From positions 14,294,912-14,358,911 of the forward strand of contig NC_092675.1 in NCBI RefSeq assembly GCF_964355755.1: a stretch of DNA of 64,000 bases, read 5' to 3'. A program made the position numbers and the translations under genes. The stretch is from Antedon mediterranea. Taxonomy: Eukaryota > Animalia > Echinodermata. Shown one piece after another: positions 1 through 12,916 of the stretch (position 1 is the first letter of the stretch; every line of letters starts with the position of its first letter). The notes under the pieces are model-generated. The model worked only from the letters and a program-made list of their open reading frames with translations. It had not been told where the DNA came from and made no database searches.

Positions 1-620
1 AAAAAATAAAGGGTCGCTAAAAATATGAATATTCATTAAAGAGTCCCTGGATGAAACAAGCATGTTGTCGTTTTCAGTCGGGCAGCAAAGTGGTTGACCT
101 CGCGAATTTTTACCAAATCAAAATTTGAATTGCCGCCATCTTGGAATCGCGATAAAGCAAGTAGTGCGGAATTACAAAATGCAGCAAAAACATTTTCAAT
201 AACATTTAAATAGCATATTCATACAATTAAATTTATATTAATAAAATTCAACTAAGGAGTTTACGAAAGATAGGCTACTTTAGAAATACTGCCGAGATCG
301 GTTCCCCCACACGGCGTAGGGTACCGCAGTGCTAAGGGGCCTAGGTAGGAAAAAATCTGATTTTACCTGTTAAACATGCTTGAACCAAGGCCATTTTAAT
401 ATATATTATCCAGATTATATATCAAAACAAACTGATAAAAGGATTTGTTGATTTGCTTCTGATGAGAAAAGTGCCGGATTCATTTCGCTGACGGCGAATG
501 AATACACGAATTTTCGCCATTTTCTAGCACTAGCCTTGGGTACCCAGACAGCTGATAACGATTATATTCGATTGTCCAGACGTCTCTGCTACTGGTGCTC
601 AATACTACAGTATGTATTAC

Positions 621-640
621 CATGGACCTATAGGTCCATG
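621..640. mobile_element. 20-bp palindrome CATGG...CCATG flanked by a 7-bp direct repeat; probable P-superfamily excision footprint
   Basis: gtattac|catggacctataggtccatg|gtattac. Confidence 0.5.
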
Positions 641-1943
641 GTATTACTGTACATATAGTACTGTATGTTTAGTTTTTGCTTTCTTTATGGAAAAATAAAT
701 ATTTAATTTTTATTATTGCTTATTTTCCTTTAACTTTATCCAAGAAGAAGTACATATTATATATATGCATATTACAGTCAAGTTGCAACTGCCACGAATC
801 CACTCCACTTTGGTTACTAACTAAATAATTAATAGTATAACATCATAACTAACAAACAAATTAACAAGTTAATAAATTAACCACCATTAAATAATTTTAT
901 TTACACAAAAGTATTTTACATACAGTATAACATGTAATATCTTGTTTACATCGAAGTAAAATATGCCTATCAAACTATCTTGCTCAGGCTAAAATATCAA
1001 GTTATATATGTCAATATTTGAGTTAAATCATCGCGATAATAAAAATGTTTATTTTTTTTTTATTTTTAAAGACATCTGTTACGTACATCAATTTACAAAT
1101 ATCAAAATAGGATTGTTTTTGCAGCACAAGATGAATCACAAGTCGGATAGTTTATTCTTAGAAACCTGAAAGAAAAAAAAACCAATAATGAGCTATTCAT
1201 AGTTAAATAATTTTAATGTCAACTTTAGTCATCCTAAATTTTGTCGCCATGATCACTACTATACTGTATATATAAATATCATACTATGTACGACCATCCA
1301 AATTACCTAATCCTACCTACAGTCCTTCCTAGCCTAGGCTACATTATTGTCATTATATATTTACAAACCTCCAACATCCACAACATATTTTCTTTTCTTT
1401 GGCAAAGAATTTCCCGTAATATAGTCCTAAATTAATTAAATAAATTAAAAGGTCAAGGCCTAGGACTTTCTTTAAATATCCGACGATATATATCCATAAT
1501 TCAGTGGATATAGATTCAACATTTTAAACATAATATGGCTTCACATTGATTATAATAAGTCGGCGATATGCCACTAAAAACTAGCCTGCGGCCCTCTCTC
1601 TATCCCTCTACAAATAACACTGGGTTTCTGTCAAATGGGCTAGGCCTAGCCTAGGCCTAGATAATACAACAAGTTGGGTACATTTTTTTACAACCAAATA
1701 ATCTACAATTATATTGCAATATTTACCAAACTAGCACCAAATCTAAAATAATAAAGCTACTAATAACATATTTTGGTATATTAACTGGTTTAAAAACGGA
1801 TTGCACATAGTGATTTTGAAGGATTGAAATTACTCAACCACACGGCCTGTACTAAACATACGAATCCAAGATGGAGTCTGCTTAGAATATATCCCCAGCT
1901 TTGAACGGATATTGAATCCGTCCCACAAGCTGAACCAAGCTTA

Positions 1944-3019
1944 GGCCCTGTTCAGACCCATGGCGTTAGACCGTTTTAGCGTACGACGCTAAAAGAATGT
2001 GTGTCTGAACAGTTGGGGATTAGCGTACAACGCGTCGTACAACGGTTGTAGCGTTGTAGTGGAAAACGGTTGATAGTACCGTTTTAGCGTACGACGCTAC
2101 TGTAAGTCAACGTTGTATCCAATCAGAACGTTTCCTGTTATGACGCGATACAAGGTTTGACCTAGGCTGACATCTTGTATCGTCAATGTGTGAGATGGAT
2201 TTCAATAACAAAAAGGCCAGAATAAATAAGGCCTAACTACACTACAAATACAACTGTTACAAAGGCTACAAACTACTATCAACTGATTACTATTATATTT
2301 TCTAACAAATGACATAAATACATGCACCTTGTATTTAAACATAGGGACTACGATCCCAACCGCTTTTAGGCCTAGCTAGGCCTAGAGCCATTCACGCATT
2401 TCATTCAAGCTAAAAACTAGCGTGGGACATCAAGTCACTCATTCCTACAAGGCAGACTAGACTGGACAAGTTTAATGCTGAAAACCCACTAACTCCTAAA
2501 AAATTCAGTAAACAAACAAGGGGGAGCTGTGTCCCTTTTATTAGCAAGTTAAGGGTTATTTTCAACCGACTGGACCAAAGAATATATATCTTTGACTGGA
2601 CTGGATAGACTAATCACAATCATTTTTTTCTTCCTCATTATGAGGCCTGCTTTATTTTCGTAACACAAGACCCTGAGGAAAATGTTTTTTACTACAAAAT
2701 AAAAACAATAGAAACAGAAATTTGGATTTACTATATTTTTCTTAAATAAATGCTGAGGTATGTTTTATTTACGGCAAATTTTGTCATAATTGTAGGGCTG
2801 AGATCTAGGCCTACATACAGTGGAAATAATGATGAAAACACATGGGTAAGAGCACATGAATATTCAACTAGAAACAACCTGAATGAAGTACTTCCGTTGT
2901 AACGATAATCGTACGCTATGGGTCTGAACACCTCGTTTTTTTCTCTGCGGTTTGTAACGTGACCTTGCTAGTAACGTTGTACGCTAAAACGGTCTAACGC
3001 CATGGGTCTGAACAGGGCC
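1944..3019. mobile_element. Non-autonomous PIF/Harbinger element (MITE), 1076 bp
   Basis: ~41-bp perfect TIR ggccctgttcagacccatggcgttagaccgttttagcgtac; TTA target duplication at 1941-1943 and 3020-3022; no credible ORF. Confidence 0.92.
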
Positions 3020-3751
3020 TTAAACTTTCAGAAAAGATAGATTAATAACCTAATAACCAACCACTAAGTTTTTATAAAGGTTCCGTGCTGATGAGAAAAG
3101 TGCCAGATTCCCTACGAAACCAAACAAATAAATCATGTAGCCTACCTCAACGAACACCTCCATCTGCACTTTTTTCTTCAATAAGCTCTGTCGTCATTTC
3201 CTGGGGTATTTATACCAAAATTTTGTGGCGGGAATAATCTTCCATATTAGGAGTAACAATTTCCAAATATAGAAAGATATAATTTAACCCGGATGGTGGA
3301 AATTGTAGCAGATTTGTAAGGGTATTCCCATGCAAAATGCTTGCCGCGAAGTGAAAAGCGAACCGGAAGTCACTATAACTTGGCGATGCTCAGTGACCTG
3401 CGCAGTTAAAAAACAGCGTTTTAACGGTTAAATGAGCACTTTGCTGCTCGACTGATTTTGTTTTTAACAAGGAATGTAACGCTGAAAATTAATGGAAGGG
3501 TGGACCATAAATTACAAGCATAGACCAATTTACGCACGTGATATCATGGTACTGCATGATAATTTAGTTATCTGTGAATGTTATAACAGAGTAATGGTCG
3601 AGAGGTGATGGTTGAATTTTTGAGCTATGGCCGTTTCAAATTGTGTCATTTTTAGGCTTAGGCTTGTGTCTACCTAGTTGCAACACTGCCTTTCATGTGA
3701 CAGCTGACCCAAATGAGTTTGGAAATGTTACATTATTTTAATTATTTAGGC

Positions 3752-5727
3752 CTGGCTGGGTAAGGTAGGCATATACCAATATTATAGGCCCTATTTTTAT
3801 TTTAATACTAGGCCTAGGCCCTTGCTAGACCTGTGTTCTCTAGCAGCCTACTACAGAGAAGCAGCTTTCCGGCTTAGTTAGCCTGGACTTGCTTGTTGAG
3901 TAGGCTAGCCTACTAGCCTAATAGGTATTAGTAGGCTACCTAATTAAAATTAGGCCCAGGATCTACGCCTAGGCCTATATATTTTTAATATTATTTAATC
4001 ATTATAATTAATTTTAGTTTATTAAATTTACAGTATTCATTACAAAAACTGTAAATTTAATATTATGAGGATTATATATACCCTATGTATTGATGTATGC
4101 AATAGGGAATATTATAGGCCTACCCTGTATGTAATAATTACAATATAAAAAATGACAAGCATCATATTAACATTCGGTTTTGCTCATCACTGCATATTCA
4201 AATTAGTATGCAATCATATTAAATTTAATAAGTTAAGTTAATTTTATAAAATTGTTATAATAATTATTAATGTTATACTATTGTAGATACATATATAGAG
4301 CAGTAACCTGAAGTGGCTAAGCAGATTTGGACCATACCTACCATCTATATAGGTAAGATTATTTTGCTGTTGAAGAAGTAGCAAATATTAAATTGTGTAC
4401 CATGCTATTAATTTGTAATATTAACAATCAAGCACTACCACTGGCTGGGTAGGCTAGGCCTATATTATAGGCCCTATTTTTATTTTAATATACTAGCTAG
4501 ACCTGTGCTCTCTAACACTAGTAGCCTACAGAGAAGCAGCTTTCCAGCTTATTTAGCCTAGCCTAGAGCAATAGGCTAGGTATAAGTAGACTACCTAATT
4601 AGGTCTAGGCTCTACGCCTATATATTATTTAATTATTATTATTTTTAGTTTTAATATATTTACAGTATTTTACTTAAATAATGTTTATTATGAGAATACC
4701 TGGTTATATATACCCTATACAATGACATAAGGCATATATGCCTACCCTGTATGTAATAATTACAATTACAGTATTATAAATAATGAATTTAAACATTCGT
4801 TTTTGCTTATCACTGCATATTCAAATTAGTATGTATGCAACCATATTAAATTTAATAAGCTAATTTTAATTAATTCTTATAGTAATGTTTTACTATTTTT
4901 TAGGTACATAGCGGCAACCCGAAGTGGAAAAATCATTTTAAACAGATTTGGACCAATACCTATACCTATACCTACCATCTATATTATAGGTAAGTTTATT
5001 TTACTGTTCAAGAACTAGTAAATTTTAAATTGTGTTTACCATGCTATTAATTTTCAATATTAACAACCAATCACTACCACTGGCTGGGTAGGCTAGGCCT
5101 ATATTATAGGCCCTATTTTTATTTTAGTATACTAGCTAGACCTGTGCTCTCTTGCACTAGCAGCCTACAGAGAAGCAGCTTTCCAGCTTATTTAGCCTAG
5201 CCTAGAGCAATAGGCTAGGTATTAGTAGGCTACCTAATTAGGCCTAGAGGCTCTATTCCTATATATTATTATTTAATTATTATTAATTTTTATTTTTAAT
5301 ATATTTACAGTATTTATTACAAATAATGTTTATTATGAGGATACCTAGTTATATATACCCTATGCAATGACATAAGGCATATATGCCTACCCTGTATGTA
5401 ATAATTACAATTATTATAAATAATGAATTTTAACATTTGTTTTTGCTCATCACTGCATATTCAAATTAGTATGTATGCAACCATAGTAAATTTAATAAGT
5501 TAATTTTAATTAATTCTTATTATAATGTTATATTATTACTATTACTATTTTTTAGGTACATATATAGCGGCAACCCAAAATGGCTAAAACATTTTAAACA
5601 GATTTGGACCAATACCTATACCTACCATCTATATAGGTAAGTTTATTTTACTGTTCAAGAACTAGTAAATTTTAAATTGTGTTTACCATGCTATGAATTT
5701 GTAACTTTAACAATCAATCACTAACAC
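3752..5727 (+). repeat. Three tandem diverged copies of a ~640-690 bp unit, each carrying an exon-like cassette
   Basis: Units start ctggctggg at ~3752, 4441 and 5080; each contains tag...cagatttggacca...cctaccatctata..ag|gtaag. Confidence 0.85.
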
Positions 5728-5958
5728 ATGTACAGTACAGCAGTATTACTATCAATCAATAGTAATTAGTTAGTAATTGAAATATAGACATACTATAGTA
5801 TTACTTTTACTATTATTCATTATCATTAGGCATTGTTAAAAGGAAATCAATACAATGCAATATTCCTTTAACATTTAAAAATGTACAATATTTTATGATC
5901 ATTAATGTTAATGAATCATTCTTTGTTGGCTTTCTTGCATTTGTTGGGTTTTATTATT

Positions 5959-6167
5959 TCATTTTGTATCATTGGAGATGTGAAAGTCAGATGAGTCTAA
6001 GTTTGACTTTAATCCACACTGCTGTTTGTGACGGTTGAGTTTGGCATGTATTAGCTCCCCGCCTTGCTCAGAGACCACATTCCATTCTCTCATGAATGCA
6101 ATAGCATGGTGCTCAAGCATATGTAGCTTAGGCTGTATTACACCTGGTGCAATATGCCTGTATTCTG
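5959..6167 (-). pseudogene. C-terminal exon fragment of a Chapaev/Transib/RAG1-like (CMC-type) transposase
   Basis: Manual translation after acceptor tttttag: EYRHIAPGVIQPKLHMLEHHAIAFMREWNVVSEQGGELIHAKLNRHK; matches the KxHxLxxH...SEQGxExxH motif around the catalytic Glu. Not in the ORF track. Confidence 0.7.
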
Positions 6168-6473
6168 CTAAAAATACTTGTATGATATTTTTTATGTAAT
6201 TAAAAAATACTTAATTTACACATTAATACATTTTATAATTTCAGAAATTTTGTGATGAAAAAGTCAATCTGTGGTGACTGTAGAATGGACCCGAGATCTG
6301 ACTATCTTAGACATTTAAATAATAGAAAGTTCTGACAATTTTTTTGAATAAAAATATACAATGTATGATGTAATCTTAATTGAAAATTGGCGCTTTTTAA
6401 ACTATGTATATAAATTAGGATGAGAAAACAGTTATTTGATTATGAGGTATGTTCATTTAATTAAATTTGTTAG

Positions 6474-6873
6474 TATAAACTTTCAAAAAGAGTGAAGATA
6501 TAAAGAAGAAAAGCAGATTATGGAGCAGCTGTACCAGACAAAAAACTGTTCCCTTAAACACCAGTGTGTTCTTTCACTTGTGAATGTAGTTTTGGCCCAG
6601 GTCATAGTTGTTGTTGAAGTGTAGCATGCCAAGCAATTTGGTCCATGCCCTGTTAATTTAAATGTTAGCGTGGTAGTATACAGTATCCATTGAAAATTCG
6701 CGAATGGCAGGTTGTATAAATGTATATAGGTTGTAATTTTACATTTGTTAGATTTAGTGCAAATTTGTGATGGTTTTCATATTTTTTAAATTGTATTTTT
6801 TATCCTTTTCTTTAAATTTTGTTCCACAACAGAAGCAAGTAGAACGTAAAGCCTTTTCGTGAAACTGTGTTGC
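6474..6873 (-). pseudogene. RAG1 N-terminal-like (Chapa) zinc-binding domain exon, frameshifted
   Basis: After acceptor ttgtag: ATQFHEKALRSTCFCCGTKF...QPIYIYTTCHSRI, then in a shifted frame GHGPNCLAC; parallels RAG1 HQANLRHLCRICG...HPTEFCHNC...HTPSCDIC. Confidence 0.65.
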
Positions 6874-7737
6874 CTACAAAAAAGAAAAGAAATTTTAATT
6901 TTACCAACCTTTAATTTTATATTATATTTATCATACAGTAGTTTGAGTATTTTTGTATAGGCTTTAATTTTAAGGGCCTAGCTAGGCCTGGTAGTTAGTA
7001 GTTTTACTAAATTTTTACATTTATGATGAATTATATTCAGTTGAAATAAATACAATGATAATAATTAAGCGTATTATTTAATCTATTGTAAATTAAAATG
7101 ATGTATAGCATGATTACATTACTTATATGTACCAACTAGGCCTAGCTACAACCTAGGCCTAGTTGCATAGAGCCTAGCCAGCGGTTATCAGCCGCATTCA
7201 TCGACCTCTCGCCAAATACGCTGTTTCGCATTTAACAAAACAGTCGAGTTTTTAAATGAAAATGTCTTGAGATTTTCACCGTCACCTCCTAACAATTCAA
7301 TGTCTCATTTAAGCATATATAATCAAACTTTTACCTAGATTTTCCAAGTATTTATGAAAATTACGAATAAAAACAAAAAGTGTACAATTTGACAAGCATT
7401 TTTTCAAACTTTCCATTGTTTACATTTGCTAGGCCGATCGATGTTAATTTTTAAAACTTCCGGGTGTAAATAATTTCGTAAACTTGGTGTTATGCTTAAT
7501 TACTTACTATTTCTAAAAAATCGGTAATTAAAAATCTTATTTTCTAACAAATAGTATAAAAATGGTTTTATAATATTTATGACGAAATTGATTAAATTAA
7601 TTTAAAGTGTAGTTATAAAAGTTGCAAATGTCGCGAAAGTTGAACGAGATTCAACCACTCGCGCGGCGTCACGCTCAGGCACATATCACCGTCTGACAAT
7701 ATTGAGGGCGCTTGACTTTTTCTATTTATTTTACATT

Positions 7738-7753
7738 GGTTGAAACAGCTGTG
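7738..7753 (-). mobile_element. Probable terminus (CACAGCTGTTTCAACC) of the Chapaev-like element, abutting the satellite
   Basis: ...ggttgaaacagctgtg|ttttgagcattt; CAC..GTG ends are typical of Chapaev/Transib; partner TIR not found in the window. Confidence 0.5.
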
Positions 7754-10700
7754 TTTTGAGCATTTAGACAAACCTTTTTCACACAAAACACCAAAGTGCT
7801 TAGAATAGCTTCAAATCGCATTTGGAGACGTTTTAGACCATTTGGTGATTTTCGAAAAAACTTGTTAACATAAAAACACCAAAGTGCTTAGAATAGCTTC
7901 AAATCGTATTTGGAGACGTTTTAGACCATTTTGAGATTTTCGAAAAAACTTGGTTACACAAAAACATCAAAGTGCTTAAAATCACATTATAAACCGTTTT
8001 AGACCATTTTGAGCATTTCGATAACACTTTTCACACAAAAACATCAAAGAGCACAAAATAGCTTAATATCGTATTTAAAAACGTTTTAGACCATTTTGAG
8101 CATTTCGACAAAACTTTTTCACACAAAACACCAAAGTGCTTAGAATAGCTTCAAATCGCATTTGGAGACGTTTTAGACCAATTTGTGCATTTCGATGAAA
8201 CTTGGTTTTACACAAAAACATCAAAGTGCTTAAAATCACATTATAAACCGTTTTAGACCATTTTGAGCATTTCGATAACACTTTTCACAGAAAAACATCA
8301 AAGAGCACAAAATAGCTCAATATCGTATATAAAAACGTTTTAGAACTTTTTCACACAAAACACCAACGTGCTTAGAATAGCTTCAAATCGCATTTGGAGA
8401 CGTTTTAGACCATTTTGTGATTTTTGAAAAAACTTGTTAACATAAAAACACCAAAGTGCTTAGAATAGCTTCAAATCGCATTTGGAGACGTTTTAGACCA
8501 TTTTGTGATTTTCGAAAAAACTTGTTAACATAAAAACACCAAAGTGCTTAGAATAGCTTCAAATCGCATTTGGAGACGTTTTAGACAATTTTGTGATTTT
8601 CGAAAAAACTTGTTAACATAAAAATACCAAAGTGTTTAGAATAGCTTAAAATCGCATTTGGAGACGTTTTAGACCATTTTGTGATTTTCGAAAAAACTTG
8701 TTAACATAAAAACACCAAAGTGCTTAGAATAGCTTCAAATCGCATTTGGAGACGTTTTATACCATTTTGTGATTTCCGAAAAAAACTTGTTAACATAAAA
8801 ACACCAAAGTGCTTCGAATAGCTTCAAATCGCATTTGGAGACGTTTTAGACCATTTTGTGATTTTCGAAAAAACTTGTTAACATAAAAACACCAAAGTGC
8901 TTAGAATAGCTTCAAATCGCATTTGGAGAGGTTTTAGACCATTTTGTGCATTTCGATGAAACTTGGTTACACAAAAACATCAAAGTGCTTAAAATCACAT
9001 TATAAATCGTTTTAGACCATTTTGAGCATTTCGACAAAACTTTTTCACACAAAACACCAATGTGCTTAGAATAGCTTCAAATCGCATTTGGAGACGTTTT
9101 AGACCATTTTGTGATTTTCGAAAAAACTTGTTAACATAAAAACACCAAAGTGCTTAGAATAGCTTCAAATCGTATTTGGAGACGTTTTAGACCATTTTGA
9201 GATTTTCGAAAAAACTTGGTTACACAAAAACATCAAAGTGCTTAAAATCACATTATAAACCGTTTTAGACCATTTTGAGCATTTCGATAACACTTTTCAC
9301 ACAAAATACCAAAGTGCTTAGAATAGCTTCAAATCGCATTTGAAGACGTTTTAGACCATTTTGTGATTTTCCAAAAAACTTTTTAACATAAAAACATCAA
9401 AGTGTACACAATAGCTTCAAGTCGCATTTGCAGACGTTTTAGACCAATTTGTGATTTTCGAAAAAACTTATTAACATAAAAATACCAAAGTGTTTAGAAT
9501 AGCTTAAAATCGCATTTGGAGACGTTTTAGACCATTTTGTGATTTTCGAAAAAACTTGTTAACATAAAAACACCAAAGTTCTTAGAATAGCTTCAAATCG
9601 CATTTGGAGACGTTTTAGACCATTTTGTGCATTTTGATGAAACTTGGTAACACAAAAACATCAAATTGCTTAAAATCACATTATAAATCGTTTTAGACCA
9701 TTTTGAGCATTTCGACAAAACTTTTTCACACAAAACACCAAAGTGCTCAGAATAGCTTCAAATCGCATTTGGAGACGTTTTAGACCATTTTGTGATTTTC
9801 GAAAAAAACTTGTTAACATAAAAACACCAAAGTGCTTAGAATAGCTTCAAATCGCATTTGGAGACGTTTTAGACCATTTTGTGATTTTCGAAAAAACTTG
9901 TTAACATAAAAACACCAAAGTGCTTAGAATAGCTTCAAATCGCATTTGGAGACGTTTTAGACCATTTTGTGATTTTCGAAAAAAATTGTTAACATAAAAA
10001 CACCAAAGTGCTTAGAATCACATTATAAACCGTTTTAGACCATTTTGAGCATTTCGATAACACTTTTCACACAAAATACCAAAGTGCTTAGAATAGCTTC
10101 AAATCGCATTTGAAGACGTTTTAGACCATTTTGTGATTTTCGAAAAAACTTTTTAACATAAAAACATCAAAGTGTACAGAATAGCTTCAAGTCGCATTTG
10201 CAGACGTTTTAGACAATTTTGTGATTTTCGAAAAAACTTGTTAACATAAAAATACCAAAGTGTTTAGAATAGCTTAAAATCGCATTTGGAGACGTTTTAG
10301 ACCATTTTGTGATTTTTGAAAAAACTTGTTAACATAAAAACACCAAAGTGCTTAGAATAGCTTCAAATCGCATTTAGAGACGTTTTAGACCATTTTGTGA
10401 TTTTCGAAAAAAATTGTTAACATAAAAACACCAAAGTTCTTAGAATCACATTATAAACCGTTTTAGATCATTTTGAGCATTTCGATAACAATTTTCACAC
10501 AAAAACATCAAAGAGCACAAAATAGGTTAATATCGTATTTAAAAATGTTTTAGACCATTTTGAGCATTTAGACAAAACTTTTTCACACAAAACACCAAAG
10601 TGCTTAGGATAGCTTGAAATCACATTTGGAGACGTTTTAGACCATTTTGTGATTTTCGAAAAAACTTGTTAACATAAAAACAACGAAGTGCTTAGAATAG

Positions 10701-12508
10701 CTTCAAGTCGCATTTGGAGACGTTTTAGACCATTTTATGATTTTCGAAAAAACGTGTTTAACATAAAAACACCAAAGTGCTTAGAATAGCTTCAAATCGT
10801 ATTTGGAGACGTTTTAGACCATTTTGAGATTTTCGAAAAAACTTGGTTACACAAAAACATCAAAGTGCTTAAAATCACATTATAAACCGTTTTAGACCAT
10901 TTTGAGCATCTCGATAACACTTTTCACACAAAAACATCAAAGAGCACAAAATAGCTTAATATCGTATTTAAAAACGTTTTAGACCATTTTGAGCATTTCG
11001 ACAAAACTTTTTCACATAAAACACCAAAGTGCTTAGAATAGCTTCAAATCGCATTTGGAGACGTTTTAGACCAATTTGTGCATTTCGATGAAACTTGGTT
11101 ACACAAAAACATCAAAGTGCTTAAAATCACATTATAAACCGTTTTAGACCATTTTGAGCATTTCGATAACACTTTTCACACAAAAACATCAAAGAGCACA
11201 AAATAGCTTAATATCGTATTTAAAAACGTTTTAGACCATTTTGAGCATTTAGACAAAACTTTTTAAAAACAAAACACCAAAGTGCTTAGAATAGCTTCAA
11301 ATCGCATTTGGAGACGTTTTAGACCATTTTGTGATTTTCAAAAAAACTTGTTTACATAAAAACACCAAAGTTCTTAGAATAGCTTCAAATCGCATTTGGA
11401 GACGTTTTAGACCATTTTGTGATTTTCGAAAAAACTTGTTAACATAAAAACACCAAAGTGCTTAGAATAGCTTCAAATCGCATTTGGAGACGTTTTAGAC
11501 CATTTTGTGATTTTCGAAAAAACTTGTTAACATAAAAACACCAAAGTGCTTAGAATAGCTTCAAATCGCATTTGGAGACGTTTTAGACCAATTTGTGATT
11601 TTCGCAAAAACTTATCAACATAAAAACACCAAAGGGTTTAGAATAGCTTCAAATCGCATTTGGAGACGTTTTAGACCATTTTGTGATTTTCGAAAAAACT
11701 TGTTAACATAAAAACACCAAAGTGCTTAGAATAGCTTCAAATCGCATTTGGAGACGTTTTAGACCATTTTGTGATTTTCGAAAAAAATTGTTAACATAAA
11801 AACACCAAAGTGCTTAGAATCACATTATAAACCGTTTTAGACCATTTTGAGCATTTCGATAACACTTTTCACACAAAAACATCAAAGAGCACAAAATAGC
11901 TTAATATCGTATTTAAAAATGTTTTAGACCATTTTGAGCATTTAGACAAAACTTTTTCACACAAAACACCAAAGTGCTTAGAATAGCTTCAAATCGCATT
12001 TGGAGACGTTTTAGACCATTTTGTGATTTTCGAAAAAACTTGTTAACATAAACACACCAAAGTGCTTAGAATAGCTTCTAATCGCATTTGGAGACATTTT
12101 AGACCAATTTGTGATTTTCGAAAAAACTTGTCAACATAAAAACACCAAAGTGTTTAGAATAGCTTCAAATCGCATTTGGAGACGTTTTAGACCAATTTGT
12201 GATTTTCGAAAAAACTTATCAACATAAAAACACCAAAGGGTTTAGAATAGCTTCAAATCGCATTTGGAGACGTTTTAGACCATTTTGTGATTTTCGAAAA
12301 AACTTGTTAACATAAAAACACCAAAGTGCTTAGAATAGCTTCAAATCGCATTTAGAGACGTTTTAGACCATTTTGTGATTTTCGAAAAAAATTGTTAACA
12401 TAAAAACACCAAAGTTCTTAGAATCACATTATAAACCGTTTTAGACCATTTTGAGCATTTCGATAACAATTTTCACACAAAAACATCAAAGAGCACAAAA
12501 TAGCTTAA
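7754..12508 (+). repeat. Satellite array 1 (monomer variants of 88, 78, 87 and 87 bp)
   Basis: Tandem units beginning gttttagacca; main unit gttttagaccattttgtgattttcgaaaaaacttgttaacataaaaacaccaaagtgcttagaatagcttcaaatcgcatttggagac. Confidence 0.98.
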
Positions 12509-12916
12509 AGCAGATTTGGGAAACTAAATTATAGTTTATACACAATACCTTCTGGAGTAACCCGGACTCCACTACAAGGACATTGAATATCAATAGATAA
12601 TTATACCTACACTATAGTGACCTCAACAAGTGACAGTTGATGGATGGGTTTGGTACTGCCTCCTTTAAGTCTACTTTTTAAGGGTATGTTCAGACCTACG
12701 GAGTTATGCTTTCGTATCACAACCAAGGTCATATTTTAATGAGCGTCGTAAGAGCAAAGTGTTCAGATTCATTGCAACGAAGTTGCGGTACAAACGGATA
12801 TGATGTCACTCGCTAGCGATTAACCAAACTAACGCATGCGCACGGCCGCTATGTGTGACCTTTTTGTTATTGCATGCTTTTTCCGATGCATGCAGCACGC
12901 TGTAATTTTTTCAACA

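Noticed and set aside
135-143. GCCATCTTG as a ProtoRAG TIR nonamer
   Set aside because: No CAC heptamer at the expected spacing; it is equally the common YY1 motif
3502-6335. RAG2-like gene convergent with the RAG1-like remnant
   Set aside because: No Kelch repeats or full PHD could be read; only a 38-codon ORF and one CxxC fragment
8075-8281. 68-aa ORFs here and at 26592-26798
   Set aside because: Chance translations of satellite monomers
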